Assembly: GCF_009914755.1 (NCBI RefSeq)
Contig: NC_060930.1
Source of the DNA: the human T2T-CHM13v2.0 reference genome, Homo sapiens
DNA length: 64,000 bases
Direction: 5' to 3' (one strand)
The translations under genes and the position numbers were made by a program. Below the pieces are notes generated by a model. The model was not told the DNA's origin, ran no database searches, and saw only the letters and a list, made by a program, of their open reading frames with translations. This document shows, in pieces, positions 1 to 11,890 of the stretch; the stretch's first letter is position 1, and every line of letters starts with the position of its first letter.

Positions 1-99
1 GATATAGGAAAAGCTGACGCTATGAGGAGCCAGGGAAGACTGGAGACTCAGGAAGAAGTCTATAGCAAGAAGTGGCATTTGGCAAGGTGTTTCATCATA

Positions 100-400
100 A
101 GTAAATATTTGTATGTAGAAGAACAGGAAAGGGCCTTAGGGACAGATATTAGAGCTTTGGCAACAGCACAGATGTGAAAAGTAAACAGTGAGAAAAGTTA
201 TGTGCAGTTGAGAGAGAGAAGTTCCATGTGGCTAGTAAGAAACACTAGCAGGAGCTGAGGTTGAAAAGGATCTCTCAGGGTAGGTCGTAAAAAACTTGGG
301 ATGCTAAGCTCCACAGTAAGTTTTACTCTGTGGATGAGGAAGGGTCCATAATGAACTTAAATTTAAGGCGAACAACATGGTCAGATTTATGAGATGAACT
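100..400 (-). mobile_element. Degenerate L2 LINE fragment
   Basis: Purine-rich tract resembling antisense L2 (..ttttactctgtggatgaggaagggtcc..aacatggtcagatttat). Recalled consensus; boundaries approximate. Confidence 0.45.
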
Positions 401-930
401 GTTTGTGAATTTTATAATGGAATAGACTGTTATTGTGCTTTGAAAATTCCTGTATTACCAGGATGTAGAACAGATTCAAACAAATAGCATATGCTTAATT
501 ACTATCTGTTGAGTCGAATGCTTAGTTATGAGGCTGCAAGAGTCTAAGGGTAGAGATACAGAATAATGTTGGAGTTCAGATATATTTTACCATTGATTCC
601 TCTTTTGGATATTGACATTCCCATAACTTTTTCCTTTTCCTGAAGGCTAGGCAATTCAGAGCTATGCAATAATTATATGTGTTCCTCACAGTTGGCATGC
701 ATGCTTCTTCCTTTTTGTGGCTTTTATTTTCTGTTTCCATTATATTGATGTTAACTCTTTTGTAGCTTTTATCATAGGCCACCTCAAATATGTTTTGGAA
801 ATATGTTGAGTGTAAATGAACCCATATTTATTTGGAAACTTTTAGGTTAACACTGCTTTCGTATTTCAGGCCTATTCACATGGAAATGACCTTAAAAGAT
901 GCTCACAGCCACCGGCTCACCCTCAATGAT

Positions 931-944
931 GCGCCCCCTAGAGG
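931..944 (-). promoter_or_regulatory. CTCF core motif
   Basis: Minus strand reads CCTCTAGGGGGCGC versus the CTCF core CC(A/G/T)C(C/T)AG(G/A)(G/T)GGCGC. It lies in a small non-repeat GC-rich patch with retained CpGs. Confidence 0.65.
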
Positions 945-1454
945 AGGCCTGCAGCCCACTCAGGCAGGCTGCCAGTCTTATTTTGGAAGACGGCAATGGC
1001 AAAATGCATTCTCCTTGTTATGTCCACTTGTCTTTTTATTTTTTTGTGGTTTCAGAAATATACAAGCATTGAGTTGTCATGTACAGGGAAATTGTCTAAA
1101 TGCAGCTTTAAAAAAATGATATACATATCAATTAAACTCTTTAACCTTCTGGGATTTCTTCCCAACTTTAAGAATCTAAATATTAAAGGTAATCTATGGA
1201 CAATTCAGTCTGCACCATGAACTATAATCACATAAAAACTTCAATTATCAACACTTATGATCTGAACTTGCTTTTTGGTACAATAGAAATAATAATAACC
1301 TAAAGTGTTATTTGGCATTGTTGAAGGCACCTCAGTATGCTGATATGCTTGAGAATCACAGCTATGCAGGAGCCTACGGCAGGTTGAAATAAGTGACAGC
1401 TTTGAAATCAGGAAATGTGGTCCTTTCAACATCACCTTCGCACCTCATTCACAG

Positions 1455-1590
1455 TATAATTGGGAAAGTCATGCAATCTCCTGAAAATCTTACTTCCTCA
1501 TCTGTTAGACAGAAATTATTCTTTCATAGAATTATGAAAATTGAAAAAATGTGTATAAAAGTATCCCAATACAGTATACTGTATAAAATT
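1455..1590 (+). mobile_element. MIR SINE fragment
   Basis: ttgggaaagtcatgcaatctc..cttcctcatctgttagacag resembles the MIR core. Confidence 0.55.
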
Positions 1591-2057
1591 GTATTTTAAA
1601 ACTGATGTAAGTGAATTATAGAAATTCTGGTTATGGGACATTGCATTTAACATAGTCAGTAAATTTACTGTAAAATTAATATTTTCATTATGAAAGAGAC
1701 ATATATTTTACCACTCTATGCCCACTATTCATCTATCCTGAATTAAACTTGGCTGAAAAAGTTAAATTTAAAAAAAAGTTTGGTTTGAAGAGCAAGTATT
1801 TCCTAAATGTGATAGCTTAATGATAACACTGAGTTAGTTCTAATCTAACATTAAAGGAAGAAACATGTACACTTACGCTTTGGATGGGACAAATTTTTGT
1901 TATTCACATTTGAAATTCACTTTAGTTTTAGCACAATAAAATTTAATAATTTATTAGTCCCTCATAGCACTCTGCTGAGAAGTGAATGTCTTGTCAAAGG
2001 ATCAGTTCAAAGTAGCTTTACTTCCTACGTTTAACTAATTTAAAACTGCCTTACCTA

Positions 2058-2361
<304 letters not shown>

Positions 2362-2398
2362 CTAATAAATACTAAAGTAGTCCTCCCTCCAGTTTCAG

Positions 2399-2433
2399 TT
2401 TTTTTTTTTTTTTTGAGATGGAGTCTCGCTCTG
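2399..2433 (-). mobile_element. Alu 3'-end remnant (19 nt of body plus A16 tail)
   Basis: T16 followed by gagatggagtctcgctctg. No TSD visible. Confidence 0.85.
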
Positions 2434-2614
2434 GAATATGAAAAATCTTTAGAATTTTATAAAAATCTGATACTGCAAATATTATTACAAAAAGTTCAAT
2501 TAAATTAAACATTTTTGTGGTAACATGGTACTGACAACCATCATCTTGTTATCAAAATATATTTGAAAATAAATCAACCTCTAAAGGATTTTTTAATAGT
2601 AGAAATAATATAAA

Positions 2615-2726
2615 TTTTTTTTATTGTTATACTTTAAATTCTAGGGTACATGTGCACAACTTCATGTCCTTTGTAGGGACATGGATGAAGCTGGAAACCA
2701 ACATTCTCAGCAAACTATTGCAAGGA
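2615..2726 (-). mobile_element. Tiny 5'-inverted L1PA (about L1PA5)
   Basis: 2615-2660 is the antisense L1 3' terminus; 2661-2726 is sense L1 (ttcatgtcctttgtagggacatgg..gcaagga). Imperfect TSD atataaa(a)tt. Confidence 0.8.
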
Positions 2727-3975
2727 TATAAAATTGTTGTTTAAGCAGACTACCTGTTTAAAAGAGGATGAGAGAAGAAAATGAAGTCTTCATGGCTCTG
2801 TTATATAATCAGGGTGAAGCAATAATTTAAATAACTCAACAACATTTATAAAAACTCAGGTAGTTTTAAAAATTGTCCATTCCCTATATATGCATAATGT
2901 AACATAGAAGGGGCTATTCATCATATAAGGCATCTTTTGAAAGCTGAAGAGGGAATGAAGTGCATTTTTATTTCAAATGACAACCATAATAAGAGACTGC
3001 ATCATATTGTTGTTTTTTAAATGAATACAACTTGGTTCCTAGATATATAATAAGAATCAACTGGGTAAAGCTAGAACTAAACAATTTTAAAGGCATAAGA
3101 ATCTCTCAAGTCGGGAAAAACAAATATTTGGAAACTTGGAGGGAGGAAGAGATCCCACTCTTTCTTCATCCCCACATTTATTTAAAAATTCCACTGGTTA
3201 ATTCTCTAAGGAATTCTCTTAGGGTTTGGCTTCCATGACAATAAGCTCTCTTTGTTTAGTTTTAGTTTCTTTCAAAAAATGACAAGCTAATACCACAGAT
3301 AAAGAGGTCAGAAAGAATGGACTCACAGGCAAGTACACTTTTTAAGTAAAGTGACAAAGCAATACCAAGGGCTTTGACACTTGAGACGGTTCCTGAGTGG
3401 AACGACAAGGTGTTCTGTAATTTTACTGAAGTTGATGAGATTATGCTTTCTACTACTTTGGTAGTTTGGGTGTCTGACATTGTGAATGTTTGCATATTTT
3501 CACGTTAGCAGAGATACAAGTATTAGGAAACAATGAAACTGGAATATAATAACAATCAAGTGTTCTATTGCCTCTTCTAAAACATTTGTTTAAATGAAGA
3601 AAGTAGCAGGCATGTGGCCAAAAAACTATACATGTATACACTAAAGAAATGTTCCAACAAATAAGAAAATTGGTCTTGTTGCTTTCAGTTATTCTGTGTT
3701 GATCAAAACGGGGAAATAATGTCCGTTTAAAGCTAAATAAAATATAAATTCCAAATAAAGCCATGCAGAGTAACTCAAACAGTATTTCCCTAGGGTCAAG
3801 AATTATGGGTTCTTTTCACAATGTTAAATATGCAGTTGTTTGTATTCTGGGTCTGTTTCTCCAACCTTAAAATGAATTGTTTAAGAACGAGCTCTAATTT
3901 TTCTTCAAGCCCTAAGATCATATGACTAAGGAGAAATGATATCCGCATGCCTGGCATGAGTTCTGCTTTTCTAAG

Positions 3976-3980
<5 letters not shown>

Positions 3981-4019
<39 letters not shown>
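3981..4019. repeat. (ATT)13 microsatellite
   Basis: Read directly from the sequence. Confidence 0.95.
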
Positions 4020-4063
4020 GGGCTTGGACTCAAGTGCCTGTTGCATTTGTTATCTTAGGCTTA

Positions 4064-4165
4064 TAGTGGTTTTCAATCTTGTTGGTCTCAGGACTCTCCT
4101 ATGCTCTTAAAAATTATTGAGGACTCCGAAGAGCTTTGGTTTATGTGAATTACATTACAGTACAT
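4064..4165 (+). mobile_element. hAT-Charlie DNA transposon end (Charlie4a/MER80-like)
   Basis: tagtggttttcaatcttgttggtctcaggactctcc..ctcttaaaaattattgaggactccgaagagcttt matches the recalled Charlie4a left end. Confidence 0.7.
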
Positions 4166-6640
4166 TAAAGCTTAAGTGATCACCAATGTTAAGTATCACT
4201 TGCCAGTTGCTACCTAAGCTCTCCAGTAACCTTTGGTCTCATCAGTTTTAGCATGATTCAAACTGATCTTCGAAGAAAGGGAGCTAATTTCCTTACTGTA
4301 TCATTAGGTTAAAGACTGTGACTTCAGCTGCTTATGTTTATGCTTTTAGCCAGATCTAGTATCTTTCTCTGGGTTATTCTTTAGGCAGGTTTTTGCTAAC
4401 TTCGTTAAACAGATCAACAAAATATTATTTCTCCTGTGTCTACTATGTAAATTATCTCTACCTCCTCTTACTAAAAGAGGATGGAACTTTTTGTTCACAT
4501 ATTTTGAAAGAAGAAAAATGTTAGTTTTAAATTTTAATTTTAAATTACAAAAATTACAATTTTACAAACACAGAGCTGTGACAAGTCCCTATTTTAATAC
4601 TTTTAAAAGGCATTATAGTTATTCCTTCATCTTTAAATTTTATATTTAAAAATGTTTTCCAGGCTGTGTAAAGTTTGAAGGCACTGTATTTGCTGAAACA
4701 GTCAAATTTTATCTTGGCAGTAATTGCTTCTTTACGACTTGTCTGCCTGACAGTGTAGTAGATGATCTCTTGATATGTAGTCTGAGGTTGCAGACTCCTA
4801 AAGCTGTCTGTGGCTACTCACAGAATTCCTCGCACCTACTCCACCACTGCTTCTGTGAAATTATATGTTCCTTAAAGTGTGTCATGTAATTGTCCTTAGT
4901 TCTTCCTTTGCTCATGGTCTTTGTGAGAACAAACTTCAAATGTATTCAATGGAATTGATGTGGCTAGGAAAATGTATAGACTGCCGTCATTGCTACATTA
5001 AAATAATAATCAATTTCAATTCTACGGGGTACACATTAATGGATATGGTTTGGTGTGCGGTAATTTCCCTGTAGTGAAAGAGTATTTTTCTATTATGTAT
5101 ATCAAGGGGCCTGAGTCTTTCTTAGGAGCAACTCTCTATCATACAAAATAATCATGAACAGATGGCTTTTGTTCTGTTTTAGAATGGCAACAATTATGTG
5201 TGTGATATTTTCAATAGCGTGCAGTATAGAAAGGAAAAGAAAAATATAATTGCAAACTTTTGTTAGTGCTACTTTTGGAGCAATATAGGCAAGAACTAAG
5301 CCAATTCATGAAGATGGTTGTATGTTAATTCCTCTCTCCCACACAAATTTTAGTGAGGGCATTATTTCTTACAATAAATATTGGGAATCAATCTCTTTCA
5401 TATTGATTTTATTATTTTGTTCTCCCAAATGCCATAATGCATATTCAAATCTACTCAGTAGGCAATTTAGTCTAGCAGCAAATGGTTGCATATTGGTAGT
5501 GATAATTTAAAGGCTGCTTTAAGAAAAAGTGGAGAAGACAAACTCAAATTATTTAGATCTAAAAAAACACAAAAGGTAGAATATCATAAAATGATACAAC
5601 ATCTGAATGAAATTTCATGGACAGGCTATTTTTGGTGTAAATGTTCATAATTAATTTTCAGCAGCTATATTGCTTTTGGAAATAATGAATATGTACTTTA
5701 TCATGAATATTTATGAAGTGATATGAAAGATTAAAATTATTAGCAAAAATGTTGAAAATATTTTTAATTCCTTTTTTCTAAAAACTTTTAATACTATCGC
5801 ACATTGTTTTTTTAATGTCATGCTAAAAATTTTGTTTCTTATATGATATATGCAGCTCTTTAAAATTGTAAGAAATTATTCATGAATGCATTTAACTTCT
5901 GCCTTAAGAAGATAAAGGTACGTCAAGAGATTGTACAATACTTAAAAATGCAGACTTTATTAAAAACACAACTATCTCTAAAAAATCAAAAATACCTCTG
6001 TATAAAACGTGATTTAAAGGTTGACTATTAGTGCGCTGCACAAAAAATGAATTGCTGTAAATTGTTTTAAAATCATAAATTATATTTAAAATTTAAATAT
6101 GTACACTTGCATAATCCCAAAATATTGGTCAACTACTTGGTAAAATCAGGTGGAAAATTAATCAGATTTTCAATTTTTCCTTAGTCATGTAGTTAGAGAA
6201 TCTGTGCATCTCTCACATATGTGTTAGCGGAAAGAAACCAGTAAAGATTATCTCTAGAATATGTTAGAACCTGCACTGTTTCTCTCCGGCAATGCCTGAG
6301 ACAATTCCACGGAGTTGATAGTCTTTGTATCCCAACAGCCACTTGGCTTCCCACCTGGGGCCACGCTTAAGAGATCCAGACCCCATCCTTCCTTGGGTGG
6401 AGCTTCAGCTTCATCTGTTCTGTCCTTCTCTCCTCCTATGCCCTTTCCTAATTCTGAATAGCAAAGATGGGAGAAATTGGTGGTTGATTTCAAAGATCTG
6501 AACTATATTATATAGTAGGCAAAGATTTCTTTATAAATAAAAAAAATCACTAAAATCAATGATAATTGTTTATATAACACTATTTGCTTCATCCAGTTAA
6601 GGTTGCAGTGTAGTTGACCCTGAAGAGAAGGCCACCACAA

Positions 6641-6750
6641 CTCTCTCTCTACATATATATATATCATATATATATATGATATATATATCATATGTATCAT
6701 ATATATGATATATATGTTTATATTTACATTTATATAAGTTGAATATATGA
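6641..6750. repeat. (CT)n followed by degenerate (TA)n low-complexity repeat
   Basis: Read directly from the sequence. Confidence 0.9.
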
Positions 6751-7142
6751 TCCAAATGGAGGAATTCTTCATATTAAAAATAGTTTGTTTGCTTCCTTAC
6801 TTATCTGTTAATATGTCCCTTAGGAGGAAATCGCAAGATGATTTAGGACAAAGAGCAGTATACAATCAAAAAGATCTGGGAAATAAACTGTGTTCTTGAG
6901 GCTTCAATTTAATGCATTTAGTGTGGTACCTAATAAATGAATATCCATTATGATACTATCACTGTGTGGTTTGGCCACATTTATGTTGTGCCACTGAGTA
7001 GAGATGGAAGGATGTACGCAACTCTGCATCCCAGTGACTCCAGAACACGAACACTGCTTTAGTTAGTCTCCCTGACTTTGCTCCTTCTGTACATCCTCTC
7101 AGAGATAGGGTGTTTTCTGAGAGAACAAAGAAAGGCATATAC

Positions 7143-7660
7143 CGTGGATGGCTGCTATTCCTGCCTATCCAGTGTCTATTTCTCCTTTTCTCTTAAAAAC
7201 ATCTGAATTTTGTTTGTGTGATTTAGCCATTAGATACTAAATTTTGGGGGGGGGTGTTAAAATGTGTCACTTCTCCTGAACTTAGTTTTGAAAATCAGAT
7301 GCTAGCTTCCTAAAATGTGCATCTTTAGGTAAAGAACATATAAATTAAGAAATATTTGGAAGAGGCTCATGGGAATGGCAGTATCTGAAGAGACCATCAA
7401 TAGTTCCTGCTAATTGTTCTCAACTTTTCTATACCTTGTCCTTTCTGAAACCTCTTCAGCTTTTTCCCTCAATATCCTTCTGATAAATACTCCTTTTAAT
7501 TATATGTGCATGTGTATATATACACATTTATGCACACATACATACATGCATATATACACACATATACACATACATATGTGTGTACATGTGATATGTTTGT
7601 ACATTTAATAAATTACCCAGAGTTGGGTTCCACTGGTTAATGAAGACCTGTATTTATAAT
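7143..7660 (+). mobile_element. Ancient ERVL/MaLR-type LTR containing a (TACA)n-like tract at about 7500-7600
   Basis: Start gtggatggctgctattcctgcctatccagtgtctatttctcc and end ccagagttgggttccactggtt resemble old ERVL/MLT LTR termini. Confidence 0.4.
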
Positions 7661-9229
7661 AAAATTCTGAAGAGTTAGAATATATTTCATTATGTAGGAG
7701 AAGCGTCACTGCAAAGCATCACCAACAAATCATGTTGAAAGAGACAGGAGGAGATGTGGAAAGAATAGTACCAGCCAAAATACGCAATCTATTTCATAGG
7801 TAGGCAATAAATACTGCAGTAGGGTTAAGCAAAATTAGGCTGAGGAAAGAGCACTTATTTTGACAATGAAGACGGTAATCATCAGAGAAAATCCTGTACC
7901 CTGATGGCCCAGGGGAAGGGGGAGGGGGCCATCTATACTGCCATGGATTAAGGTGAGGAAGGAAGAGGTTAATAAAGAGAGAAGAGAAAATCAGCCTTGG
8001 GAAAGAGAGTTGAAGATTACAATATGATTAATCTGTGTTATTTGAGGAAAGTGGGAAAAAAAGGCAAAGAAAGAAATGAAAGATTTGACACCTCATAATA
8101 GGAAGAATAAATAATAAAAGAGATTAAAAGAGAAGAAAACAAAGCACAGGTGATTTTCCTAGAGGAAATAGTAAACACAGAAGTAAGGAAATGCAAAGAG
8201 CTTAAATTTACAGCCTGTACAATTTTTTAGAACACAATGGTTTTTAGTGTTCAGCATTTTCCAAAGTCAGGCATAAGATGATTCTAAAAAAGCAATAAAA
8301 CACTCTGTTTTATGTACTCTCCATCTTTATACTTGCACATTGTTTTATTTTTAATTTTTTTCTGAAAAATAAAGAGAGTTTGAAAAAGCAATGAATATAT
8401 AATTCCTAGTACTGTGTTGCATTGATTTTACTTAAAGGAAAAAAAAAAGAAACTTAAGTAGGATTGACCCAAGTATCCAAACATAGTACATTTTTTCTAC
8501 TTATACTTCTATATAAACAGTTTGATACAGATTTGCGATCAGGTTCTTATAAATCTAAAATTGATCAGGTAATTCAATTTAATTTAATTATAAAATAGCT
8601 AGGTAGACATTTTCATAATAGATAATTAAAAATTCATAAAAGAGTACATAATTGAATTAAAAATGGATTAGCTATATTTGAGATGCTGTGTCCTATACTC
8701 ACAAAATTTATAAATTGGCAAAAGTGTCATTGTTAAACGTACTGTTTTTCTTTTATCAAAAAACCCTGTTGCTGTTCATTGGACAGTTTACTTTTATACT
8801 TTAAACTGACATTCTATGAAAAAATATGAAATGATAAACTAGTATGTTAAGCAGAGAGAAAAGTATTAATTTACTTTTGAATTCTGAGACCTATAAACTT
8901 GTAGTATCTATTAACTGCATGAGATCTTGAACAGGAAATAGAAAATATTTTACTGTCCCTACAACAAATGATTAAGTGCTAAATGGGTAATGGATAATGG
9001 GCAGCTAATGGATAACACTAAGAAAATTCCTCATGCCAAGGCAAGAAAGAACGACTTTAAATCATCAGGAACATTTGAAGTATCAATATTTATAGAATTT
9101 TTACAGGAACAATTAAGAGAGATATAGAGTGCAAAATGTGAGTAAATGTATTAACTCAGTGAATATTATAATTAGTGTAAAATTTTGGTGTGCCTGGACT
9201 GGAGGAAAACAATTTTGATTAACATGAAG

Positions 9230-9430
9230 AAAAATTATAATTGTCAATGGCGGCCCAATCTTGTGGAACTTTAGATCTAATGAGAAAGACTATAGATTTC
9301 ATTCTATCTTTGTAAAAGAGGAAGAATTAAGATCTTAGAACAGAAAGCAGTATGACCACTGCTGTACTATGGAAAGAACATTCTTACAAGAAAGTGTAGC
9401 ATGAATGGACCAGAGGCAGTGAGGTCAAGG
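9230..9430 (-). mobile_element. L2 fragment
   Basis: aagactatagatttcattct..cactgctgtactatggaaag..aatggaccagaggcagtg resembles antisense L2. Confidence 0.45.
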
Positions 9431-11540
9431 AGGGGGTCAATAATGTAGAAATAATTACGATGCCTTTTAATATATCCTTCATTGAATCATTCTTCATCTG
9501 CATTGATATCACACTATGTCTCTGATTAGACATAGTGTGTCTAATGAGAATGGCTCATTGTCTGAGCTCCCCTATTGATTGTGATCTTCTCTCCGGCCAG
9601 GACATAATTTATGTAATTATGATTTATGATTATGTGCCCTAGACCTACCTCAGGTAAAGGTTAATTAAATATGTAAAACCAAGTGTGAGTGAATATCAAG
9701 ATGTCAGAAGATAGAAATCATTAGGATATTAGTTATCAGTGTAGGATAATGAATTTCAGTGCTAATTAGGAATTGCAGGAGAAAACAATAACAGACAGAT
9801 TGAAAATTAGGAGACTACATGGTTCCATCGATCTTAAAAGAACAAACACTTGCCTTTTATTTATTCAGGACAGCCGGGCCATGGCCTTGTGACCTAAGCA
9901 TGGTCATTTGAATAATCCAGCAGAAGACTTTATATTTTAATGGAACACTACAAAGGCATAAGGTTTGAGAAATTATTAATAGCAACTACAATGTCCACCT
10001 GTGTCCAGCTGTTATAAGGGGAGTAATGACATCCCCAGTTAATTTTCTCTTGTCAAAGTTTTGCCTTTATCTGGGTATTCTTGAAAAAAACAGATTCTTC
10101 AGGACTCCTCCTGTGAGCAGTATTCTGTGAGCAACTGTTTACCAAGTCAGGTTCAACCTAACCCTGTCTAATATAGCATCATAATTGTCAAAGGAAGGGC
10201 TACAGAGAGAGGAGAATTTGAAATTCAAACTCCGGATATGTTGACAGCATTAAAGAGGTGGGAGGACCAGAAAAGTAGAAAAGGGAACAAAGATGAGTAA
10301 GAAAAGCATAAGGGTGGAAATTTTTATTCACAAAAGCAAAGCAGTATCAAAAATTTTGCCTTGCACATTATAAACGTGTAAGACTCTTCTGTCTTATAAT
10401 TATATTTATGCAATTTTTCTCTATTGTCATAATTTTTTTGTTGAATTTATTTTCCACACAGGTCTATAGAATTTATAGCTCAACTGTGACTTCCACTGTT
10501 GATTTTCTACTAGTAGTTCAGTTACTTGTACCTTGAAAATAAAATTTGATAGCAAATTTGTGTAAACTAGTGATTAGTGAGCATAATGTATTTTGACTGT
10601 ACATTTTGTAATAATATAGGCAAAATACACTATTTTTTACATTTTATATGGATTAAGAATAATTTTATGCTTCTCAATTGATTAGTAAAATATAACCTTA
10701 CTTTCTGTAAGAATAAGAAAATATCTTGACTAAGCCTACAGATTTATTTGTAAAAGTAAGTAAAAGGGAAGGTTTTAAGTATCATAATGATTATGTATTT
10801 AATTTGTAAATATCTATTTAATTTTAAGTAAGTTATTTATTTTTTCTTATTTTTTGCTAAAAAAATTGTTATGGACACCTGTCATTAAATGTTAGTACTA
10901 TTAAAACCTTATGATCTCAATTTTTCTATTTTAGTCATTTTGGTATTTTCAAATGGAAATAGACCCTAATTTATGTGATTATCAAGTGGCAAAAAGTTTA
11001 AAAGTTGATATTAATATATTGATCAATTTTTATTGGTATGTACATGTTGCATGAGATACATATATATATTTGTATATGTGTACCTACAAATGTCATTATG
11101 TTTGTGACAAAATCTTTAGGCAATGCTGATAATGTTAATTACTAAATTTCCACTTAATATAATTTTTTAAAGAAATTAATACATTTTTAAAATGAAGGCA
11201 TAAAATAATCCTGTTGTTATTTAAATAAAAAAAAACCTTAACTCTGGCTGTAACTATGCTTTATGGCAATACCCAAATATCTTGAGAACAGCAATATTGA
11301 AAGTTTTATATGCTAATAAGAATGTAATTTACATTTATAGCCGAACTTTAAGTAATTCCCATATAATTTTATTGTATATTAACTAGGTTTTCCCATTCAT
11401 ATATGTGCATTAAATTCCAGCTTTTAAAAGTCACCTAAGATGTAATTAATTTATAATAATTACATCAAACATTCTGAATTTATACTTTCCATGTTGCTAA
11501 ATGAATCTCTAAACATTAAATCAAGTATTGAAGATCAAAG

Positions 11541-11890
11541 ACAACTCATGGACACATAGAGGGGGAACAACACACACTGGACCTTTTTTGGAGGGTGGAA
11601 GGTGAGAGGAGGGAGAGAACCAGGAAAAAGTAACTAACAGATACCAGGCTTAATACCTGTAGGATGAAATAATCTCTACAAAAAACAGCTATGGGGGAAC
11701 AACACACACTGGACCTTTTTTGGAGAGTGGAAGGTGGAAGGAGGGAGAGGACCAGGAAAAGTAACTAATGGGTACCAGGCTTAATACCTGGAGGATGAAA
11801 TAATCTCTACAAAAAACAGCTATGACACAAGTTTACCCGTGTAACAAATCTGCACCTGTACCCCTGAACTTAAAATAAAAGTTAAATAAA
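11541..11890 (+). mobile_element. Old L1PA (about L1PA13-16) 3' end with an internal 132-bp tandem duplication
   Basis: Runs from aactcatggacacatagaggggaacaacacacactgg to tgtacccctgaacttaaaataaaagttaaa. 11561-11692 is repeated at 11693-11823. Confidence 0.9.

Noticed and set aside
870-929. Plus-strand acceptor followed by AYSHGNDLKRCSQPPAHPQ-stop as a terminal coding exon
   Set aside because: Peptide not recognised, no supporting upstream exon in the window, and the GC patch is adequately explained by the CTCF site.
7912-7928. G-rich run as a G-quadruplex
   Set aside because: Only three G tracts.
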